Origin: an uncultured Oscillospiraceae bacterium
GTDB taxonomy: Bacteria > Bacillota > Clostridia > Saccharofermentanales > UBA5734
Assembly: GCA_964507305.1 (NCBI GenBank)
Contig: CAZDPQ010000002.1
Coordinates: 1-51,712 of the forward strand
Length of the DNA: 51,712 bases
Direction: 5' to 3'
The position numbers and the translations under genes are program-made. The notes below the pieces were generated by a model that was not told the origin of the DNA, did no database searches, and saw only the letters and a program-made list of their open reading frames with translations. Positions 42,965-50,301 of this stretch are shown here, in pieces; positions within the stretch are counted from its first letter, which is position 1; every line of letters begins with the position of its first letter.

Positions 42965-44404
42965 CTATCCGATGCTGTCCAGTCTCCAAACCTGGGTAGA
43001 AGAAGCGCTGTCCGGCTTTGACGTCAGGATGCGATCGCCGGAAAAGTCCAGCGCGTTTCCCGTCGCCTTGTTGATGAACCGGAACCGGCCTACTCCGTCC
43101 TTCTGAGCGATCCAGCGCTGCGCGGAGATATTGTCATCCCAGTTCTGGTACACGCCGCTTCCTCCGTCCTCGAAGGACAGACCTGCGTTCAGCTTGATGA
43201 TCCTGTATTCATTATAACCCAGATGGTAAAACCAGATGATGCTGCCGATGCCGCCATCATTTTCAGTCAGTACGGCGGGGCTTCCGATCGTCCTGTTTTC
43301 CTCCACGCCGAGAACGCTCCCGCCGGACGAGGCCACGCGGTATCCTCCATCGGGAATCAGTCCGCCGGGGACGGTCTCCGGCTTTCCGTCCCGGATCCAG
43401 CTGCAGACCCTGTCATAATAGGCATCCGTGCTGATGTCCCCGTAGATGTCCCGGAGCTGCCGCCCGCGGACGGCGCCGGAAGTATCGGCTTTCATCCACA
43501 GATTGCGTTCGTGGACATCATCATACGATCCGACAATAATGTTTTTCGGATCGTTTTTGACCGCAAGCCCGAAATTGTAGTCAAGCCACGCGAGGCTGTG
43601 CCTCCATTTATCGTCCGTCACGGCATACGGGCTGTCGAAGTCGATCGAGGATGTCACATACATCGCGTCATCTGAAGGAATGACGCCTTTCTGCGGCTCC
43701 AGCTGCCAGCCCCACTTATCTTTATCGCCGTCTTCGCCGGATGCCCATACACCGGTGAATTTAACCCGGTATTCGGTCTGCTCGGCCATGCTGTTGTTGT
43801 ACCCCGCACGGGTGGTGTAAAAAACGACCAGCGGGTTTCCGTCTTTATAGAAATAAGCGCTGCTGAAAGGCGCTTCCGGCGCCGCGTAATCGTCCCAGAC
43901 CATTTTGCATTGGCTCTCCGCCATATTGCCCATTTGCGGGTTGAGCGCGATAGCGAATTTCATGCCGTTTTCGAGGCATAGCTTCTGAACCATGAGCGCC
44001 TGCCATTTCCATGCAAATCCATTCGTAAAATCGACGATGATCAGATCGATCCCCGCGTTTTTGATCTCATTGACATAAAATTGGATGTGCGCCTTGTCAT
44101 TCCAGTTGATCGACTGCATTTTGCCGTTCACAAGGACCTTGACACCTTCCGTATCGGAGGCTTTCCACCAGTGTGTTTCCGTAGAGGCATCCCAAATCAT
44201 GATCCATGTTGCGAACACAGTTTTTTTCTGATAAAAAGGATCTTTTGTAAGTTCGTAAGGCATTGTACTGCTCCCCGTCCCTTCCAGGGACTCTGCCGCC
44301 GGAGTATCCGTAACTCCGGACTCTGTTGTTGTATTGTTATTACCGCATGATGTTATTAACACGGCACATAATGCCGCCGTCAGAAAGCTCCTCCAGAATT
44401 TCAT
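42965..44404 (-). CDS. Lipoprotein with an uncharacterised glycosidase-like TIM-barrel-type domain and a C-terminal ricin-type (CBM13-like) lectin domain
   Basis: Lipobox AVLITSCG. DLIIVDFTNG and IIVGSYDDVHERN are reminiscent of GH99-like folds (low confidence). The C-terminal ~130 aa carry QxW-type repeats (AQRW, TQVW). Confidence 0.65.
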   Translation of the reverse strand: MKFWRSFLTAALCAVLITSCGNNNTTTESGVTDTPAAESLEGTGSSTMPYELTKDPFYQKKTVFATWIMIWDASTETHWWKASDTEGVKVLVNGKMQSINWNDKAHIQFYVNEIKNAGIDLIIVDFTNGFAWKWQALMVQKLCLENGMKFAIALNPQMGNMAESQCKMVWDDYAAPEAPFSSAYFYKDGNPLVVFYTTRAGYNNSMAEQTEYRVKFTGVWASGEDGDKDKWGWQLEPQKGVIPSDDAMYVTSSIDFDSPYAVTDDKWRHSLAWLDYNFGLAVKNDPKNIIVGSYDDVHERNLWMKADTSGAVRGRQLRDIYGDISTDAYYDRVCSWIRDGKPETVPGGLIPDGGYRVASSGGSVLGVEENRTIGSPAVLTENDGGIGSIIWFYHLGYNEYRIIKLNAGLSFEDGGSGVYQNWDDNISAQRWIAQKDGVGRFRFINKATGNALDFSGDRILTSKPDSASSTQVWRLDSIG

Positions 44405-46323
44405 GGCAATCTCACATCTGCAAAGCCTTCGGACTTGCCTTGCCAGATGGTTCTCCCTTCCGCCGAGACCCTTGAAAATCCCGGCTCTATTTCAATATCG
44501 AAGTTCCGGCCGAACGCCCGGATATTCCGCAGTTTCATGGACTCCATGCCATCCGGAAGACGCGAGGCAAAGCGGAACCGGTCCATGCCGAGCGGATCGA
44601 TTCCGAACAGTCCTTCCGCGACCGTCCGGCAGTAAAGCGCGCTTTCAGCGCTCAGATGACGCCTCCCGCCTTCAGGCCAGGCTTCCACGGCGTACGGGAC
44701 CCTTTCGCCCAGCAGCCTTGTGTGTGAATACTCCTTCAGATGCTGCAGCGCTGTGCCGGAGCATCCGCTTAGAAAAGCAGCTTTCAGTCCGTACAATGTC
44801 GACCGGTCCCAGACGGTCGATGTCCCTTCGCATGTCAGGAGGCCGTCCTTAGTCCAGAGATATTTGGAAAAAAGCGCTTCCATCGTCCCGTTCTTCCGCT
44901 GGTCGATCCCCATGCATACGGGAAGGCAGATCCATGACCGCAGCGGGTCGTTTCCCTTGAAATACCGATACGTCTCGAAACCATGGATCGTCGCTCCGAA
45001 ATGGCGCTCCACCGCATGCTTAAGACGGTCCGCCCGAAGTCTCCAGGCAGCAGCCGTCTCCCTTTTGCCCAATGCTTCTGCCGCCAGCGCGCCGTATCTC
45101 AAGCCTCCGTGATACAGCGAGGAAGTCGATAGGTTGGCATCTCCTGACGGAAAGCGTCCTTCGAGCTCATCGGACTGCGATGCCACGATGCCATCCGCAT
45201 TCGTCATCCTCCGGCAATATTCGATGCACCATTCGATGCCCGGCCAGCATTCATCGAGGATGTCCCTGTTTCCGGAAATAAGTGAGAAAAACGACGCGCC
45301 GTACGCATACATCGCGGCATCCCCACGATCTCCTGCCCCTTCCCAGAAATCGGCCCCTTCGCTGATGATCGATGACGGGATCGGATGATATTCCGGCCCC
45401 ATGAAAGGGCGGTATTGCCTGCAGGCGTTCCGGCTGGCTTCTATGCCTGCCGGGTCTCCGGTGAAAGCAAACCACGGGCCTGCATATTCGATCTGATCAT
45501 TGCACCAGGTAGCCGCGTAGTACGAATATCCGCCCGGGCTGTGCAAAAGTCCCGCCCGGGTGTCGAAGATGCTTTCACCCGCACGGATCTTCGCGAAACG
45601 GAACATCAGGTCGAGGACTTTATCGTCCGTCTCCAGCACCAGCGGCTCCGTCAGCTCCGCGATGCGTTCCGTCCGGCTCCGGAGTTCCTCTCCGGGATCC
45701 GCCGCTTCACGCTCCCGGTCCGCCGTCCTCGCCGAAAAGCATACCCCGATCCGGCATTCGCCGCCGGACTCAAGGGTAAAGGAATCTTCACCGACGCTCC
45801 AGGACGACTCGACGATATAGACCCCCTTGCATCCTCTTCCGAAAGTAACGGCACCCGTCTTTCCCCTCACCTCGATCGCGAGTCCGGAACCGCAGCGGTT
45901 CGTGAGGGTGATAATTTCATATGCATTCCTTTTCATAGCGGACGGAAAGCACTGCCTTCGGATCCCGACGCCGGCATCGGTCATGCTGCGGATCGTCAGG
46001 ATCCCATCGATCCGGAATTCCTGCGGATACTCCGCCATTTCGATGCCGCCTGTATAAAAGTGCGGTGAAAAATCATCCGGGATCGTTTCCTGGAAAGACC
46101 CGCCGGTGTCGTTCGGCACCTTCCGGAGAGAAGGCCAGACACAATGTCGTTGAAGCATCAGCCTTCCGTCATCCGAGGTGCCGTACCGGACGATATAGGA
46201 AATCCCTCTGCCGCTCATTTCGATATCATCGGCATGAGGAAGCCGCATGCCGTCTGTTTTCCATACGATCGCATCCCCTTCCGGTGTCCATCGTCCGCCC
46301 ATCGGCAGCCCTCCCTGTTTCAT
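44401..46323 (-). CDS. Cytoplasmic six-hairpin (alpha/alpha)6 glycosidase-like protein, family unassigned
   Basis: 640 aa with no signal peptide. N-terminal beta-sandwich-like region, a helical region rich in W/Y/G (SPGGYSYYAATWCNDQIEYAGPW, LYHGGLRYGALAAEALG), and a C-terminal beta-sandwich tail. 4-nt overlap with the downstream lipoprotein gene. Confidence 0.55.
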   Translation of the reverse strand: MKQGGLPMGGRWTPEGDAIVWKTDGMRLPHADDIEMSGRGISYIVRYGTSDDGRLMLQRHCVWPSLRKVPNDTGGSFQETIPDDFSPHFYTGGIEMAEYPQEFRIDGILTIRSMTDAGVGIRRQCFPSAMKRNAYEIITLTNRCGSGLAIEVRGKTGAVTFGRGCKGVYIVESSWSVGEDSFTLESGGECRIGVCFSARTADREREAADPGEELRSRTERIAELTEPLVLETDDKVLDLMFRFAKIRAGESIFDTRAGLLHSPGGYSYYAATWCNDQIEYAGPWFAFTGDPAGIEASRNACRQYRPFMGPEYHPIPSSIISEGADFWEGAGDRGDAAMYAYGASFFSLISGNRDILDECWPGIEWCIEYCRRMTNADGIVASQSDELEGRFPSGDANLSTSSLYHGGLRYGALAAEALGKRETAAAWRLRADRLKHAVERHFGATIHGFETYRYFKGNDPLRSWICLPVCMGIDQRKNGTMEALFSKYLWTKDGLLTCEGTSTVWDRSTLYGLKAAFLSGCSGTALQHLKEYSHTRLLGERVPYAVEAWPEGGRRHLSAESALYCRTVAEGLFGIDPLGMDRFRFASRLPDGMESMKLRNIRAFGRNFDIEIEPGFSRVSAEGRTIWQGKSEGFADVRLP

Positions 46324-46332
46324 TTGGACAGA

Positions 46333-46366
46333 AAGACTGCCGGCGCCATGCGGTGCCGGCAGTCTT
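46333..46366 (-). terminator. Strong GC hairpin between the surface-protein gene and the glycosidase-like gene (possible attenuating terminator)
   Basis: AAGACTGCCGGCGCC - ATGC - GGTGCCGGCAGTCTT, a stem of about 15 bp. The downstream U-tract on the minus strand is weak (CTTTCTGTCC). Confidence 0.5.
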
Positions 46367-46442
46367 CTGCAATACCCTGGACCGGTCGAGGCCGATCCTC
46401 CTTCAATGCATCATTCGGAAGAGGCAGGATCCCGCTGGGAGA

Positions 46443-47324
46443 TCAAGCATTCACTCTGCGGCTGCGGACTGCTACTGCGGCAAGGAGGATGACGGATACC
46501 ATCGCAAGGACGATGAACAGGGAGACATTGCTGTCGCCGGTCTGCACCGTGTCGGAGGTCGTTCCGGAAGAAGCGGAACCGGTCACGCCGATCGCGATGT
46601 CATCGATGACGAAGGATTTTCCGCTGTATTCCGCAAACTGCGGGGATCCCGTACCCTTGTTGCCGACGGCAATCTGAAGGCACATCGCGGGGGTCGTAAC
46701 GCTTCTCTCCACGTCGCTGAGCGGGATCTTGACGAATCCGTCAAAGCCTGCGGGGATCGTGAAGAACGGGGTTGCCGCGCCATTGGCATCGCCGACGGCT
46801 GCCGTGGAGGCGGCGGACCATGTGGAAGCGCTCTTCGCACGCACGAGGGCGGCATCGGCTACGTCATGAGGCTGAAGATAGTAAGCGCCGAGATGCTGGC
46901 CCCAGAATTCCTGGGCATCTTCCGGGAGAGTCTGGTCGACATTGCTGGAAAGGACATAGAATGATTTGACAGAGAAGAGGAACCCGAGAGGAAGAGAACC
47001 TTCATTCTTCATGTAGAACGAAATGTACTGAACACCTGCCAGATTCTGAGGGGTGGGGAATTTGATCTCGATCTGGTTGATGTTGTCGGTCGGTTCCCCG
47101 AAAGTGACCCGTACTGCGTGCGAGCCGGTCGCCTTGACGTCGGTCGAGTCGGTGTACGTCGGATTCAGATACGTATACTGAGCGGAAGCTATATCAGCTC
47201 TCTCAGCAGCAGTCTCAAAACCCAGTACGATCTGATCCACGGTCTCACCCTGGACCGCAAGGCTTCCGATCGTTGCAACTGCCATCAACATGACCACAAC
47301 AATGAGACTAATGACTTTTTTCAT
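46443..47324 (-). CDS. Secreted CBM-like surface protein with a C-terminal sortase sorting signal (VQTGD + TM + RSRR)
   Basis: ATG at 47324 is preceded by AGGAGG. Signal peptide MKKVISLIVVVMLMAVATIGSLAV. Beta-rich body ending in SFVIDDIAIGV. C-terminus TSDTVQTGDSNVSLFIVLAMVSVILLAAVAVRSRRVNA. Confidence 0.75.
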   Translation of the reverse strand: MKKVISLIVVVMLMAVATIGSLAVQGETVDQIVLGFETAAERADIASAQYTYLNPTYTDSTDVKATGSHAVRVTFGEPTDNINQIEIKFPTPQNLAGVQYISFYMKNEGSLPLGFLFSVKSFYVLSSNVDQTLPEDAQEFWGQHLGAYYLQPHDVADAALVRAKSASTWSAASTAAVGDANGAATPFFTIPAGFDGFVKIPLSDVERSVTTPAMCLQIAVGNKGTGSPQFAEYSGKSFVIDDIAIGVTGSASSGTTSDTVQTGDSNVSLFIVLAMVSVILLAAVAVRSRRVNA

Positions 47325-47373
47325 ACCATTTCCTCCTGTGAATATTTCGCTGCGATTTCTCTCGAGCAATTTC

Positions 47374-47402
47374 ATGATAGCACTTGAAAAAATGAGGGTC
47401 AA
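47374..47402 (-). promoter_or_regulatory. Putative promoter of the surface-protein gene (TTGACC-17-TATCAT)
   Basis: -35 at plus coordinates 47397-47402 and -10 at 47374-47379. The -10 overlaps a GTGCTAT motif copy. Confidence 0.55.
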
Positions 47403-47458
47403 TCGCTCCGGGCTATGACTTGTTCATATTTTTAGTGTATTTTGCACAAAAACAATAG

Positions 47459-47723
47459 AATGAAATAATGTGCTATTATTTAATTCACATTCGCGAGAAT
47501 TCCCCTTTCTTTTCGTTGTTAATATGGATAAATCGCCCGATATGCGCGGGTAAAAACGCCCGGAAGCTTCCCGGAAAGCCGCTCCGGCACTCCGGGATCC
47601 GCCCTGGACCGCCGCAACGTACTTTCCCGGGAAGGAATGGCCGCTTCGGTTCTCTTCTCAAGCACGGGCCGAGATTTTCACCGCTGCAGACTGTCGAAAT
47701 AACGATTAGCACATTATTTCATT
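47459..47723. repeat. Perfect 17-bp inverted repeat pair (AATGAAATAATGTGCTA / TAGCACATTATTTCATT) bracketing a 231-bp segment
   Basis: Left arm 47459-47475, right arm 47707-47723, verified base by base. The interior is largely GC-rich and has no credible ORF. Confidence 0.85.
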
Positions 47724-47954
47724 TGAAACATTATTTGTCGGAATGTGCTTATTTATCCCTGTTTTCTTCGAATAATGCCTGTTTTTTAGCGATTATCACA
47801 AAATATCGAGGTTGTTTGCGCATTTTTATTATGATAACATCATGTGTGCCAGTCACGGCCGCATGCAGTCCCGATGGAGGTTTTACCAGGAATCGATGAC
47901 AGCCGTTCAGGCATTGACAGGATCATGATATCGTACCGCTACAGGAGGCATCCC

Positions 47955-50300
47955 ATGGCAAATGATTCATATCGCATCCGGCCGGAATTCATCCCGGGCG
48001 ATCCGCATGCTCTTGCAGGTGTCCATGCAGATGGTCATTTCATTCCCTGCGGACCGGGTTTCCCGCTGTTTGACATCCTTCTTCCTGACGGCAGCCGCGC
48101 CGGCATTCCGCCGGATCATCCCGGTTTAGCGTGTTCCTTCTCGCAGCCCGATGAAAGCACTCTTTCTGTTGTCTATGAGCTTCCGGGAATGTTTTCTGCT
48201 CTCGTCCGATATGACCTCCAGGCGGATGGCATGGAGATCGTCACGGAAATCCTGTCGGAGAGCGGCGCACGTATGGTGTCGGTCCGGAGTGCGGGATTCA
48301 CCCTTTCGCCGGATTCTGCAGGACCGGACTTCAAGGGCATCGTCATACCGGAATTCTCCGGAAGACTTCTTACATTCGCCTCCACACCGTGCGCCGATCA
48401 TGACGAGATCCTGCAGTCCGCCAAGTATCTCGCTGATTTTTTCGCGATGTCCTACCCGGATGCCGGGATGATCGTGCGGCCCATGCATTTTTCCGCAGCA
48501 TTCACCTACGGAGTCGGCCCGGAGCGTCTGCACGCCGGAGCCGTACAGTTTTTCCGGCCTGAGAAGACAGAAAATTTCCTTACGCCGCTCTGCCACACTT
48601 CTCTGGCTCTCCGGATGGCCCTTGTCACCGGCCGTCCGTGTCCCCAGGACTGGCGTGACATCGCCCTTTATTATCGCAGGCACTTCATCCCGGCCAACAC
48701 CGCGAAACATCCCTGGTATCGCGACGCCGTCACAAGCGGCGCACCGCTCCATGGGCACTTTTCCGATTTCGCCGATTACCTGCCGGTCGCCGCGCGGCTT
48801 GATTACGCCGACATTGCCTTGTGGGTCGTCTGCGGCCACTGTCCCAAGACCGTGAACCTCGACCATCTTTACTGGGATTTCATCCCGGATCCCGGACGCG
48901 GCGATTACCTGAAGTTCAAGAAAGCCGCAGCCCTCTACGATTGGAAAACGAGCATCCATCAGGACATGGACCTTGTTACCGTCGGCCGCGGATGGGACGA
49001 GCAGTATGTGCGCCGCCGCCCGAACGGCGACCTGTATCAGGATGGCGAATGGGGCGGACGCAAATCCTATTTCCGGAGTTTTCTCGGATTCCGGGATCAA
49101 TGGCCCGGATTCATCGATGATGTTTTCGACCGCTGGGATGTCCGGCCGGGCGACCTCTGGCATGACGATGTCAACGGGTGGTTTTACTGGGAAGACTACA
49201 ATACGGACCATCCGTCCACGCGGCACATCGACCGCGAGATCCGGCGCGAGATCTGGACCTACTGCAGGGACAAGCGCGGCGTAAGCATGTCGGATGAATG
49301 CCTGATGGAGGGGATGACGGACCTCAATGATTACTCGCACTGGACCTTCTGCTATGAGTCGGACGTCAACGACAGGATCATGATGATGCCGCTGCTGTTC
49401 CTCGGCAGCACCTATTATGCTTTTTCCTGTATCGAGGCTACTCCGTCGCGCGATCTTCGCCTGCCCCCCGTCAACTTCGCCTATTCCCTGCTCGCCGGGG
49501 TGAAATTCGGCATCACGGTCACGGGGCCGGACGACGACCTGTACTGCGAGCCTTATTTCAAAAACAATCTGATGTGGTCATTTATCGCAGATGCGTTCGT
49601 GGAAACTCTGGAGAATCAAGACGGGATCTGGCATGTCGCGTATTCGAACGGCGTCACGCTGTCGGCAGATCCCGCGGCCAATGATTTCACCATGACGATC
49701 GGCGGGATCGATTACCATCATTACACCCCGGTCAATCACAAAGGATACATGGCCCTCTGGGCAAGCGGCACCTACCGGATCGCACCCGGCATTCCCGCTC
49801 CCTTCCGCACCCGCCTGTGGCAGAGCCACGGAGAAGGGGCCATTTCGGGCGTCACGACACGGATCGACCCGGACGGTGCGGTCTCAGTCACGGCAGAAAC
49901 AACGGTTTCCGAAATGCCCGGAGATACGCGCCGGTATATGCGTGCTTCGCAGGGGAACGGCAACATGGATTACATCGACACGCCAGACCTTCTGGTGCTT
50001 CAGAGGATCCCTGCCGCCATGCGCTGTGCGGATACGGTGTGGATGACCGAAATCGCCTCCCCCGAAAACGAATACCGGTTTGCCCTCGATATTGCCGCGG
50101 GCACGATGGTATCCGTCGAGATGCTTTCGGGTGGATGGGGTGTGCGCCTTTACACGTCGGAACTCGGGAAAGCGGTATGGGAGAGAAAGCTGGAATTTTG
50201 CTCCGCCGGGCACGAGATCCTGTCATTCCAGCCTTATGTATACGGCGATCGCGGGGATCTGCCGCTGTCAGCGGATGATCGCTCCGCGCGGGATGAATGA
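47955..50300 (+). CDS. Large cytoplasmic protein of unknown family (781 aa); possibly a GH101/GH129-related TIM-barrel glycosidase
   Basis: ATG at 47955 is preceded by AGGAGG; the track start 47844 lies in non-coding-like sequence. W/Y/D-rich central region (GDLWHDDVNGWFYWEDYN). No signal peptide. The family guess is weak. Confidence 0.6.
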   Translation: MANDSYRIRPEFIPGDPHALAGVHADGHFIPCGPGFPLFDILLPDGSRAGIPPDHPGLACSFSQPDESTLSVVYELPGMFSALVRYDLQADGMEIVTEILSESGARMVSVRSAGFTLSPDSAGPDFKGIVIPEFSGRLLTFASTPCADHDEILQSAKYLADFFAMSYPDAGMIVRPMHFSAAFTYGVGPERLHAGAVQFFRPEKTENFLTPLCHTSLALRMALVTGRPCPQDWRDIALYYRRHFIPANTAKHPWYRDAVTSGAPLHGHFSDFADYLPVAARLDYADIALWVVCGHCPKTVNLDHLYWDFIPDPGRGDYLKFKKAAALYDWKTSIHQDMDLVTVGRGWDEQYVRRRPNGDLYQDGEWGGRKSYFRSFLGFRDQWPGFIDDVFDRWDVRPGDLWHDDVNGWFYWEDYNTDHPSTRHIDREIRREIWTYCRDKRGVSMSDECLMEGMTDLNDYSHWTFCYESDVNDRIMMMPLLFLGSTYYAFSCIEATPSRDLRLPPVNFAYSLLAGVKFGITVTGPDDDLYCEPYFKNNLMWSFIADAFVETLENQDGIWHVAYSNGVTLSADPAANDFTMTIGGIDYHHYTPVNHKGYMALWASGTYRIAPGIPAPFRTRLWQSHGEGAISGVTTRIDPDGAVSVTAETTVSEMPGDTRRYMRASQGNGNMDYIDTPDLLVLQRIPAAMRCADTVWMTEIASPENEYRFALDIAAGTMVSVEMLSGGWGVRLYTSELGKAVWERKLEFCSAGHEILSFQPYVYGDRGDLPLSADDRSARDE

Positions 50301-50301
50301 T

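Noticed and set aside
47468-47899. 143-aa plus ORF and 75-aa minus ORF (47485-47712) inside the divergent spacer.
   Set aside because: The translations are junk-like, there is no RBS, and they span the AT-rich/GC-rich composition switch. The region is better explained as regulatory or repeat DNA.
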